IMG/VR virus record: IMGVR_UViG_3300036832_001373
Span: 32,001 to 96,000 of that record
DNA from: a virus
DNA length: 64,000 nt
Direction: 5' to 3' (one strand)
This document shows positions 9,316 to 18,463 of this stretch, piece by piece (positions within the stretch are counted from its first letter, which is position 1; each line of letters starts with the position of its first letter). The notes beneath the pieces are model-generated. The model searched no databases. It saw only the letters and a program-made list of their open reading frames with translations, and was not told the DNA's origin. A program made the translations under genes and the position numbers.

Positions 9316-9612
9316 GTGGAGGAAATCAAAGTGAGGACGATGACACAGTACACACATTATAACTTCAAGGATCGTGACCCAATTTTCGATAGACTCTTCG
9401 CTATCATTGACGGTCACGGACTTTCCTTGAAGCAAGTAGCTGACGCATCAGGAGTAACATACCAAACTCTCAGAAACTGGCAATCTGGAAAGACACGTAA
9501 CGCTTACTACGCCAGTATTGCTAGAGTGGTTATCGGACTCCGAAAGTGGGACTTCAAGTTAATTGATGAGGATACTCGTCGAGGTGAGCTCAGAGTAGTA
9601 AAGGCAGCCTAA
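9316..9612 (+). CDS. XRE-family HTH DNA-binding protein
   Basis: GLSLKQVADASGVTYQTLRNWQSGKT. Confidence 0.8.
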   Translation: MEEIKVRTMTQYTHYNFKDRDPIFDRLFAIIDGHGLSLKQVADASGVTYQTLRNWQSGKTRNAYYASIARVVIGLRKWDFKLIDEDTRRGELRVVKAA

Positions 9613-9800
9613 TGACCTACAAAGAGATCATAGCTAAGAACTCTATGCATCCTCTAGAAGCAGAAAGTATTATCCAAAGATTTAGAAATAGAGAGAAAGT
9701 CTTAATGGCTGAAAGAACTCAGCAGATCGAGGATGGTTTACGTCACGAAACTGAATCCGCTAGAAAGGACCGAGAAATTCTCGGTGAGCATTACAAATGA
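9612..9800 (+). CDS. Hypothetical protein
   Basis: Translationally coupled 62 aa ORF. Confidence 0.55.
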   Translation: MTYKEIIAKNSMHPLEAESIIQRFRNREKVLMAERTQQIEDGLRHETESARKDREILGEHYK

Positions 9801-10093
9801 GTGGAAAGATCCTAAAAAGAAAGCCTAACCAAAACTCACAGGTCTTTAACATATCTAAGAGAGCTTCTAAAACAAGAATACCCTCTAACTTCGAGTCTAC
9901 TATGGATATTAAACTTGGATCACTTATAGGTCTTCGCACTGGATCTTACGATGATTTAATCAAACTCGGTAGAAACCAGTGTAGATATCCTATAGAAAAT
10001 AACTTTTGTGGGAATAAGTCTGTAGATGGAAAACCCTACTGTGAGGAACATTGTAGGATAGCTTACACTAAAGGTCAACCTAGGAAGGTTTAA
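9797..10093 (+). CDS. gcrA: GcrA-like protein (C-terminal Cys/His sigma70-interacting domain only)
   Basis: LIKLGRNQCRYPI..FCG...GKPYCEEHCRIAY matches the GcrA CKWPIG..FCG..PYCxxHxxxAY pattern. Confidence 0.8.
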   Translation: MSGKILKRKPNQNSQVFNISKRASKTRIPSNFESTMDIKLGSLIGLRTGSYDDLIKLGRNQCRYPIENNFCGNKSVDGKPYCEEHCRIAYTKGQPRKV

Positions 10094-10464
10094 TGCGTCC
10101 TCTTATAATTGATGGAGTAGCTAGAGCTAAGATAGCTCACGTTAAGAGTTACGCCGAGGAAAATCCATATTACCCTGGAGCTACAGGTATACCTGGAGAT
10201 GACGAGAAATATGTAGCTCGTTTAGGTACTTTTAGGTGTGTATTTACTCATACTCATCACAAAGGTAACGTATACCGTCACTTAACTATATCAGTGCCAA
10301 GTGCTAAGTACCCAAACCCAGTAGCCGCTTTTATTATAGCACAAGAGTTTGGATTTATAGGATGGGATGGTGAAACTGTTGATAGAGCACCAGACACTTG
10401 GTCGATAGATGTGAATAAAAAGGAGCATTGTATCGTTCTTGTACAGGAGGTCAAAGAAGAATGA
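10093..10464 (+). CDS. Hypothetical protein
   Basis: 123 aa; RHLTISV..YPNP. Confidence 0.65.
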   Translation: MRPLIIDGVARAKIAHVKSYAEENPYYPGATGIPGDDEKYVARLGTFRCVFTHTHHKGNVYRHLTISVPSAKYPNPVAAFIIAQEFGFIGWDGETVDRAPDTWSIDVNKKEHCIVLVQEVKEE

Positions 10465-11780
10465 AAAATCTAAGACTAGCAATCTCAGCAGATTGGCACC
10501 TTTCAGACTGGAGTCAGTTCTCAGAAATTGACGGTACAGGACGTCCAAGTCGTCTACTCCAGTATAATGAACTTGCTAAAGATTTTGTAAAGTTTGCTAA
10601 GGACAATAAAGCTGATTGTGCAATTATAGCTGGAGATATTGTTGACCAGTTTGGTGTTCTAAAGCCTATGGTATCTGACGTTCTAGATTCAGTAATTACC
10701 ACTATAAGTGAGAAATTTCCTCTATTTATAACTCATGGTCAGCACGATATAAATACAAAATCCGAAGAGATAGCTAGTTACCACAGTGCTCTTTCTAGAT
10801 TTAAAAGTAAGAACAATGTAAGTTATGCGAGCGTCCCTGTTCAATATACTATTGATAAGTATACATTATTAATAGCTCCATGGAACTCAGAACATAGTAT
10901 ACCAACTGATTTAGTTGGTGATATTTTTATAGGACATGGTGCAGTTCAAGGATCTACTAATCTTGAAGGGTATAAGTTTAGCTCAGGATTCAATCAAGAA
11001 GAATTATTCAAAAGATTTAGATTATCTATTATTGGTGACATTCACAATGGGCAGGTTTTTAGAAATACTGAAGAAAGAAAGATACTCATTCCTGGAACTC
11101 CTATTCAGTTTAATTATAAAGATAGTCCAGTATGTGGATTTTGGTTATGTGAACTCATGCCAGGAGATGTGAACTGTGAGTTTGTTCCTATTGAACGCAT
11201 TCATCCTGATTTCTATCATAGGTTTCTGCTTACTACTGACGAGAAAGCTACCTCCTCAAGACTAATTCATTATAGATATAAACCAGAAAAAGTTTCAAAA
11301 GAAAAGATCTCTAAGTCTGAGTTCAAACGAGATACAACTTCTATAATAGATATAGGTTTAGAAATTATTAAGCAATCTAAGATTTCTAATCAAGATGAAA
11401 TTGCTAAACAGTTTAGATCATTAATGGATGGACTATCTTCCTCTGATAGAAAAGTTCCTAGGTCAAGACTTCTGTATCTCAATATACAAGGATTTCTTTC
11501 AATCGAAGAGTTGTCTCTAGAGATGAAAGAATTTCCAGATAACTTAGTCCTTGTAGGTAAAAACGGACATGGTAAAACTGCCTTAGTTGAAGCTATTTAT
11601 TGGGCTCTTTGCGGTAAAACAACTAAGGGAGTTTCAGCCAATGATATTATAAATTGGTATGGAAATGGGGAATGCGTGGTAAAACTGGGTATTGAAGTAG
11701 AAGGAGTTATATATCAGATTACTAGATGGAGAAAGAATGGCGTTCCTGGTTTAGAACTTAACGTTTGGAGTCCAGACTAA
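10461..11780 (+). CDS. sbcD: SbcD/Mre11 metallophosphoesterase fused to the N-terminal (Walker A) part of SbcC/Rad50
   Basis: ADWH, AGDI, GQHD, GDIH; then IQGFLSIEE and GKNGHGKT. Confidence 0.88.
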   Translation: MKNLRLAISADWHLSDWSQFSEIDGTGRPSRLLQYNELAKDFVKFAKDNKADCAIIAGDIVDQFGVLKPMVSDVLDSVITTISEKFPLFITHGQHDINTKSEEIASYHSALSRFKSKNNVSYASVPVQYTIDKYTLLIAPWNSEHSIPTDLVGDIFIGHGAVQGSTNLEGYKFSSGFNQEELFKRFRLSIIGDIHNGQVFRNTEERKILIPGTPIQFNYKDSPVCGFWLCELMPGDVNCEFVPIERIHPDFYHRFLLTTDEKATSSRLIHYRYKPEKVSKEKISKSEFKRDTTSIIDIGLEIIKQSKISNQDEIAKQFRSLMDGLSSSDRKVPRSRLLYLNIQGFLSIEELSLEMKEFPDNLVLVGKNGHGKTALVEAIYWALCGKTTKGVSANDIINWYGNGECVVKLGIEVEGVIYQITRWRKNGVPGLELNVWSPD

Positions 11781-12487
11781 TGAGAAAAGAATGGAAAAAT
11801 CAACAATATCAATTAGTCCTTGATAAATGGGAAGAAGACTACATAATAAAACTATACACAGAAGATAATTTAAGTCCGTACACTATTTCAGATAAACTAA
11901 AGTCAGAAAAAACTTTTGGAGAAAATCCTCCGGGTAAAAGTTGGATAACAAATTTCCTCACTAGAAAAATGGTATGGACTGGATCGAAGTCAGGTCGTCC
12001 CAAAAGTAAATCCCACAGAGAAAGTATTTCTATAGCTACCATTCAGAGATACTCTGATCCGGAACAAAGAAAAGTAACATCAGAGGCTAAAATTGAATTT
12101 TACTCAAGTCCTGAGAATAGAAAACTCCAAAGTGATAGGATGAGGAAGTCTATTGAAAATGGATTTACACCCTACTTATCAAAAGGGGAATTTTTAGTAA
12201 AAGAGTTTTTAATGGAAAAAGGATTTAGACATCAGTATACATTTATTACAAGTAGATCAGAAGAAGGATTTCAAAAATCTAATTTTAGATTAGATTTCTA
12301 TCATCCAGAGTTAAGAATAAATATTGAAATAGATGGAGTATCTCATGAATGGAACAATGTTATAGAAAAAGATTTAGAGAAAGATCTAATTCTTAGATCC
12401 CTCGGAGTTAGAGTATTCAGAGTTAAAGAAGATTCAAATTTGAGATCAAATATAGAACGCTTAATAAATCAAGAACTAGGAGATTGA
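11780..12487 (+). mobile_element. Free-standing DUF559/Vsr-like homing endonuclease gene splitting sbcC
   Basis: NUMOD-like KSKSHRESIS repeat; FRLDFY..INIEIDGVSH...DLEKD..L..LGVRVFRV; TAATG coupling. Confidence 0.8.
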
Positions 12488-12489
12488 CT

Positions 12490-13935
12490 ATGGGATGGAA
12501 ACCTTACACAAGTAATACTACATCAGGTACTCAAGATACGATTCATGAACTTTTAGGTCTTTCTCAAGATGAGATTAAGCTTTTGTCTTACTTCTCGGCT
12601 AAAGCTCCGTCACTTTATGGAACATTGACCAAGTCAACAAGATACGATCTCATTTCAACTATAGCAGGTATGAGCGATGTAGATAAAGCTAGAGATATTA
12701 TAACAGATCTTCATGCTAAGACTTCAAGAGAACGTATTACTTCAGAGTCAGCTATATCTACACTTAAAAATGTCGAGGCCTCAAGTAAAGCTCGTATAAA
12801 AGACTTTCTTTCTAGAAAGGACACGAGAGTTTCAGTTAATACTCAAGCAATAGAGTCTCTTAAGCTAGAAGCTGAGGAGCAAATTAAAAAGTCTAGAGAT
12901 GAAAAAGAATTACGAGAGCTTATCGGAGAATGCTATAAAAAGTATAATGAATATCAGAGGGAACTCTCTAAACTTAATACGTCAGTACATCAATTAAACT
13001 TTGAATACGAAAGTATAAACTCGTCAATAACATCTAATCGAGATAAGTTAAAGAAGGCTTTGCAGGGAAAATGTCCAACTTGTGGCCAGTCACTTCATGA
13101 TGAAAACGTAGTAAACGATCTGACACACTTACTATCTCAACTTCAAGATAGACTTCCAGATATGAGTATTGCTTTTTCTCATAGAAAGAAGATTGGAGAT
13201 ATACAAGTCAATATTGAAGACAGTGAAGCTTTGAGAGCTCTTAGAGAGAAAGAACTTGAAAATCTTCAGTACTGGAAAGGTCAACTTTCTCTTTATGAGA
13301 AGAAACTCGCAGAAGTAAATAAGGAAAAAGTTGACTACGACTCGTTGATTAACGAAGAGATGAAAAATCGTGAGGAGTTGGAAAATAAAATTAAGTTAGA
13401 GGAATTTAAGCTTGAGGAAATCTCCGATAAAGAGTCAGCACAAAATTGGATAAAACTAACATTGCTCAAACGTAATGGTTTGTTGATAACTGAACTTTCT
13501 AAGCAAGGAAAGAAAATTCTCCAGGAACAGATTAACGAGTTAACGTATGGAGAAGATATTGAAGTTTTGGTTCAAGACGATCTTAGTGTCTCAGCTAAAT
13601 TTCTTAAGAGAAAAGAGGGAGACTATGAGTCACTGTCAACTGGCCAGTCCAGAGTTGTAGATATCGTAATGATGGTAGCGTTAAATAATGTCTTTATGAA
13701 ATTCTACGGACTAGAGACGGGACCGCTAGGATTAGTTATCTTTGACGAAGTATTGTCGTTCCTGGACGAAGAGTACGTAGACCTTTGTTATGAATTAATA
13801 CAGAAAACTAATGTGCCTAAGAGAATAGTAATTACTCATGATACCAAGCTAATAAGTAGATTCAATAGTCAAATAAACGTCTCCTTGAAAGGAGAAACTA
13901 GCTCTACCTACAAGAAAAACTGGAGTTCACAATGA
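12490..13935 (+). CDS. sbcC: SbcC/Rad50 C-terminal part (coiled coil, Zn hook, ABC signature, Walker B)
   Basis: CPTCGQ, LSTGQ, IFDEVL, VITHD; own AGGAG RBS. Confidence 0.88.
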   Translation: MGWKPYTSNTTSGTQDTIHELLGLSQDEIKLLSYFSAKAPSLYGTLTKSTRYDLISTIAGMSDVDKARDIITDLHAKTSRERITSESAISTLKNVEASSKARIKDFLSRKDTRVSVNTQAIESLKLEAEEQIKKSRDEKELRELIGECYKKYNEYQRELSKLNTSVHQLNFEYESINSSITSNRDKLKKALQGKCPTCGQSLHDENVVNDLTHLLSQLQDRLPDMSIAFSHRKKIGDIQVNIEDSEALRALREKELENLQYWKGQLSLYEKKLAEVNKEKVDYDSLINEEMKNREELENKIKLEEFKLEEISDKESAQNWIKLTLLKRNGLLITELSKQGKKILQEQINELTYGEDIEVLVQDDLSVSAKFLKRKEGDYESLSTGQSRVVDIVMMVALNNVFMKFYGLETGPLGLVIFDEVLSFLDEEYVDLCYELIQKTNVPKRIVITHDTKLISRFNSQINVSLKGETSSTYKKNWSSQ

Positions 13936-14180
13936 ACGATGTAGTACCGTTAAAACAAGAAACATCCTACAGAATCAAAACTAGAGTCAAGAGAGTCTTC
14001 CAGGAAGAGATCTACTCTAATTGGAGAAAGAACTCAGAAGGTAAACAAGAGTGTGATACTACTTATGGAGGATGGTTTATTTCTTTAGAAGGTAGTTATG
14101 AATCTCTTTTTCTTGGAGAAGAAAAGCCTACTCTGGAAGCTGGAATGGATGTGTACATTACAATAAGTAAAGCTAAATAG
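13932..14180 (+). CDS. Hypothetical protein
   Basis: 82 aa coupled ORF. Confidence 0.6.
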   Translation: MNDVVPLKQETSYRIKTRVKRVFQEEIYSNWRKNSEGKQECDTTYGGWFISLEGSYESLFLGEEKPTLEAGMDVYITISKAK

Positions 14181-14189
14181 GAGGCCAAC

Positions 14190-14552
14190 TTGTCTAGGAA
14201 GTTCCTTCTAGGTCAGAATACGTCTGACGATCAACAGCCTACTCATCCTCTTCTAGGAATAAGATTTATACATCTGGAAAATGGAATAGAATTTATAGGG
14301 GAAATTACATCAATTTTTGATGGGGTAGCGACTATAGAGAATCCAATGTTAATAACAAAGGATAAGAATGTTCCTGGTAGATTAGAGCTCAAGAAATTTA
14401 ATACTATAAATCCCTTAGTAAGAGATGAGATGCAAGTCCCTACAGTGTGTATGACATTTTCTTTTAAACCAGCTGATATGGTGATTCAAAACTATGTTGC
14501 AGCTAGATCTGGTCTGGTATCAGCACAATCGGTTTCCCACCAACCGGTTTAG
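14190..14552 (+). CDS. Hypothetical protein, possibly Sm-like fold
   Basis: IRFIHLENGIEFIGEI...TIENPMLI beta pattern; GGAGG RBS. Confidence 0.5.
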   Translation: MSRKFLLGQNTSDDQQPTHPLLGIRFIHLENGIEFIGEITSIFDGVATIENPMLITKDKNVPGRLELKKFNTINPLVRDEMQVPTVCMTFSFKPADMVIQNYVAARSGLVSAQSVSHQPV

Positions 14553-14577
14553 GGTAACCAGGGGTTGGAACGTTAAC
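14548..14577 (+). promoter_or_regulatory. Promoter-like motif copy 2 (upstream of ligase)
   Basis: TTTAGGG-taaccaggggttgga-ACGTTAAC. Confidence 0.75.
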
Positions 14578-14598
14578 TCTTGAAAAGAAGAGGTTTAT

Positions 14599-16353
14599 AT
14601 GTTAACAGTTAGCGAACTTGAAAGGTTGATCGTTGAAGCAGCAGAAAGGTACTATCTAGATGAGTCTAGGATGTCAGATGAACAGTTTGATAAGTACGTA
14701 GAAGAGCTAAGGATACGGAATCCTTCTTCCCCTCTTCTGACTCAAGTTGGTTGGGGATGTATGAGAAAGAGTTATCGTGATAAAGTTCTTCTTCCAGTTA
14801 AGATTATAGCTTCATTACCAAAGGTTCAATACAATAATTTTCTATTAAACGGTGAGATGATAGCGTCTCCTAAAGTAGACGGTATGAGTTGTATCCTCCA
14901 CTATTCAGATGGGATACTTAAGCAAGCTGTAACCAGAGGAGACGGAGAGTTTGGAATTGATATTACTCAAAAGATGAGAAAGATAGGAGTACCAGTAGAA
15001 GTTGATTCTGTAGGAGAACAATTCATCCGAGGAGAACTTTACATAGATACAAGAACTTTTCAAAACTATCTAGCTAATGAATATGCAAACCCAAGAAATG
15101 CAGTTGCTGGAATAATTAATTCAAAAAGTTATGATAGGCTAGAGTTTGTGACTTTTGGAGCCCATCCTCAAGACGATATAACTTGCTTAAGTCACCACGA
15201 CCAAGAACTCTTAAAGATGCTTCCAGAATGGATAATTAAAACAAAGATTAATATTGAGGAGGCAAGAAGACATTCAATAGATGAAGGATATCCAATTGAT
15301 GGTATAGTACTCCATAAGACAGGTTTAGAAGATGCTATAGCTATTAAGTTTGAAACCGAGAGTATGGACACTATTGTACGTAAAATTGAGTGGGAGGAGA
15401 GACGTGGTGGTAAAATGATTCCTATAGTTTTGTATGAACCAGTTAGATTGTATGGTACTGAATGTACAAAGTGTTCTGGATTCAATTATGCTTACATAAG
15501 AGATAATCAAATTGGACCTGGAGCTAAGATACGTTTGACGAAAGCTAATGAAATTATTCCGTACATTACGGAAGTTGTCTCTCCAGGAGAGTTTACAAAT
15601 ATGGAGGACGAGTTTCATGTAGTAGAAGGAGCTCACCTATTCCATCTAAGATTCGATCAGTATAAGTACTCTTTAGAGAAGTTTGTAGCTTGGCATTATA
15701 ATATAGATGGTTTCAAGAGACCAGAAGTTATACTGTATGCACTTGGAGTTACGACTTTCAAAGGATTAGCAAGTCGCATAACATCTATGTCCAAGGAAGA
15801 TATGATTAAGGGCTTGAACAACTATGGAGTATACTCAGTAGCAGAAAAAGTTGCTGATAAACTTAAGTCTAAGATTTATATAAACAATTTCTTTCAACAG
15901 TTCGCTATAAACGGAATAGGTCCAGTTGAAGCTGGAAAGCTACAAAGGTATATACATCAATATTATACTCATGAAAGCTTTGACATGACTAGACTTGGAA
16001 TCAGAGCTAACGTTATATCTGAGTTAAGCAAGCCAGAGATAAGGAATATTATTAGAGAGTGTTTTATAGAATATCACAATGCTAACCTATGGGAAGAGAA
16101 AGTCACGGACGATATCTCTCATAAAGTTAAGTTTTGTATAAGCGGTCGTTTGCCATCTGGACTTAAGAAAGAGCTTTTTGCAAAATTGATGCCAGAGAAT
16201 TATATAATGGTCGATTATGTCGATAAAAGCGTAGTGTGTCTAATTACTAATGAGGATAGTACCTCCAAGGTTAAAACAGCTAGAAGGCTAAACGTTACAA
16301 TCCTGAGTGAAAATGAAGCCAGAGGAGCATTTAAAATTGAAACGAAGGGATGA
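14599..16353 (+). CDS. ligA: NAD-dependent DNA ligase
   Basis: YY...SDEQFD, KVDG, TRGDG, RGE, NPRNAVAG, KANEIIP, C-terminal BRCT. Confidence 0.92.
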   Translation: MLTVSELERLIVEAAERYYLDESRMSDEQFDKYVEELRIRNPSSPLLTQVGWGCMRKSYRDKVLLPVKIIASLPKVQYNNFLLNGEMIASPKVDGMSCILHYSDGILKQAVTRGDGEFGIDITQKMRKIGVPVEVDSVGEQFIRGELYIDTRTFQNYLANEYANPRNAVAGIINSKSYDRLEFVTFGAHPQDDITCLSHHDQELLKMLPEWIIKTKINIEEARRHSIDEGYPIDGIVLHKTGLEDAIAIKFETESMDTIVRKIEWEERRGGKMIPIVLYEPVRLYGTECTKCSGFNYAYIRDNQIGPGAKIRLTKANEIIPYITEVVSPGEFTNMEDEFHVVEGAHLFHLRFDQYKYSLEKFVAWHYNIDGFKRPEVILYALGVTTFKGLASRITSMSKEDMIKGLNNYGVYSVAEKVADKLKSKIYINNFFQQFAINGIGPVEAGKLQRYIHQYYTHESFDMTRLGIRANVISELSKPEIRNIIRECFIEYHNANLWEEKVTDDISHKVKFCISGRLPSGLKKELFAKLMPENYIMVDYVDKSVVCLITNEDSTSKVKTARRLNVTILSENEARGAFKIETKG

Positions 16354-16624
16354 CCTTAAAAGGATAATCGACTTGGTTGTCTTAGATACAGGATGCTCTA
16401 GAGCACTTGTAGGAAAGATAGTTGGGTCTTTCCTAGGTAACTATCAAGAAAAAGTAAGTGAAGGACCCGTTTATATAAACGGGTTTGGAGAGATGATTTC
16501 TGAGATTAAAACTAGAAAGTATTTTGATATTAATAGAAGAGTTAAGGATGAGGCTTCAAATCCTAAGATTAAATTTATTCCAAGTAAAGAGTTTCTCAGA
16601 TATATGACTATTCCAAATGAATAA
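16307..16624 (+). CDS. HU/IHF-like DNA-binding protein
   Basis: VYINGFGEM...KIKFIPSKEF. Confidence 0.7.
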   Translation: MKMKPEEHLKLKRRDDLKRIIDLVVLDTGCSRALVGKIVGSFLGNYQEKVSEGPVYINGFGEMISEIKTRKYFDINRRVKDEASNPKIKFIPSKEFLRYMTIPNE

Positions 16625-16633
16625 GAATACAAT

Positions 16634-17572
16634 ATGCTCAGAAACAGAGGAGACTTTTTCTTTGGAGAATTTTCCGATCTAAAAGTTCTTGTCAGAAGAC
16701 AAGGAAAGGAGCACATTTACTTATGTCCCTATTGCCAAGAACTTGGAAAGAAACAAGATGACAAAGGTAAATTTTACTTTAACTCAGTTAAAAATGTGGG
16801 ACATTGCTTTGCATGCGAAACTATTATAGTATCCTCAGCTTTGAGATCACTAGAAGTTATACGTCAACAATTAAACGAGAAATCTGAGGGAGAAAAATAT
16901 CTTGAGCAAGTCTTATCAATTGATAGCTGGACTTGTCCAATTGAAGAGGAACGAAGTAGTTACCATTATATGATTAATGATAGAAAAATCTTCACAGAAG
17001 TATTGAGACTGTTTAACGTTAGGGCTTGTACTCGTCCGAGGACTGGAATAGTTTTCTGTAATAAAATTTGGAAAGACGAAATTTTAGGATCTCTAACAGA
17101 TTTTCTTACTATAAGAAATGTTTTCTCACATGTTAAACATACGATATTGCGTGAGCAGGTAAAGCCATTGCTCTGGAGTACTAAACTGTTTAGTCAGAAA
17201 CTTATAGTAGTTGAAGGGACGATATCTGGACTCTCAGCGTATCAGCATTTAGACGGAGAATTGAGTCCGATAGTTTTACTTGGAAAAACTTTATCTGAGT
17301 TTCAAAAAGGCCAACTGAGAGATCTTACTTCAAAATATTATATTAAAGAAATATACATATGTTGCGATGGCGGTTACTTTGAAAATTCTTTGAAGATAGC
17401 TAAAGAAGTTTACTCAATTATAATTGGAACAGAAGTTTTAGTAACCAAACTTCCTTGGAACAAGGATCCAAACCAGTTAACGAGAAAAGAATTCAAAGAA
17501 GCCTTCAGTAAAAGTTGGTTATACGAACCGTTACGTGCATCTTTGATAAGGAAAGAGGCATACAACAAATGA
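16634..17572 (+). CDS. DNA primase (Zn finger + TOPRIM)
   Basis: CPYC...HCFAC, VVEG, CCDG, KDPN. Confidence 0.85.
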   Translation: MLRNRGDFFFGEFSDLKVLVRRQGKEHIYLCPYCQELGKKQDDKGKFYFNSVKNVGHCFACETIIVSSALRSLEVIRQQLNEKSEGEKYLEQVLSIDSWTCPIEEERSSYHYMINDRKIFTEVLRLFNVRACTRPRTGIVFCNKIWKDEILGSLTDFLTIRNVFSHVKHTILREQVKPLLWSTKLFSQKLIVVEGTISGLSAYQHLDGELSPIVLLGKTLSEFQKGQLRDLTSKYYIKEIYICCDGGYFENSLKIAKEVYSIIIGTEVLVTKLPWNKDPNQLTRKEFKEAFSKSWLYEPLRASLIRKEAYNK

Positions 17573-17790
17573 GCAACCTTGACTTCGACGTAGCTGAAAT
17601 TAAGATAGCCGAAGCTATCTCTATAGCTATGACAGGACAGGCTAGTCCAGAAGAATGTAAAAGCCTAGCTAAGGCAGCTATGCTGGCATTTCATGAATAT
17701 CTTATTTCAGTCGATTGTTGGTGGGATGAATGTCAAGAATGTGCAGTTGGTCACAAACTTAATAAATGGGTATATAAAGATGTCAAATAA
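17569..17790 (+). CDS. Hypothetical protein
   Basis: ATGA-coupled; CQEC. Confidence 0.55.
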   Translation: MSNLDFDVAEIKIAEAISIAMTGQASPEECKSLAKAAMLAFHEYLISVDCWWDECQECAVGHKLNKWVYKDVK

Positions 17791-18463
17791 AATGCTCCCA
17801 CCTATTTTTACAACACTTCATCAACTGTCGTCTGTCTCTAGATACTCTAGAGATTATATGACTCATAGAGAAAGTGTTCTTGAACACACTGGATTCGCTG
17901 GACTTTTTGCTCTTTTTATAGCTAAAAGATTAGATAAAGACGTACTTAGTCAAAACCAAGATTTCATAGGTCTTGACTTTGGAGAACTATTAACTAGAGC
18001 GTTAGTTCACGATATTGATGAAACAATTCTTGGAGACATAAGTCGTACTACAAAATACTACGCACCAGAGATTAAAGAAATGTTTAGTAAGATTGAATCA
18101 GAATCAGTAATTGATCTGACAAAGTTTATAGGAGTTGATATAGACAAAGCTTGGAGTAGAGCAAAAGATGCTACTCTCGAAGGTTATATACTTAAACTTA
18201 CTGATCTAGCAGCAGTTGTTTACATAGTATGGAGAGAAGTAACCCTTCTTGGAAATCTCTCAATGCTTAGAGTAGCTGAGGAAGTAGAACAATTTCTAAT
18301 TAAATTCAAACTACCTCATCATGACGAGTTGAGTAAATTCTTTGGAGGTATAGTTGAAGAATTAAAAAGTATAAACAGAATGGCTTTGGATAAGCACCAG
18401 GATCTACTTAAGAACAATCGAGATATGTTGTTTTCGTTTCCAACCTTCGAGAGGAAAGAATGA
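17780..18463 (+). CDS. HD-domain deoxynucleotide phosphohydrolase (YfbR/DatZ-like)
   Basis: RY...ESVLEH, ALVHDIDE..GDI, KLTD. Confidence 0.85.
   Translation: MSNKMLPPIFTTLHQLSSVSRYSRDYMTHRESVLEHTGFAGLFALFIAKRLDKDVLSQNQDFIGLDFGELLTRALVHDIDETILGDISRTTKYYAPEIKEMFSKIESESVIDLTKFIGVDIDKAWSRAKDATLEGYILKLTDLAAVVYIVWREVTLLGNLSMLRVAEEVEQFLIKFKLPHHDELSKFFGGIVEELKSINRMALDKHQDLLKNNRDMLFSFPTFERKE

Noticed and set aside
11770-12495. Intron, intein or ribosomal bypass joining the sbcC halves (GACTA at both ends)
   Set aside because: No space for a ribozyme core, stop codons present, the matching GAC is out of frame and ~700 nt away; the downstream half has its own RBS
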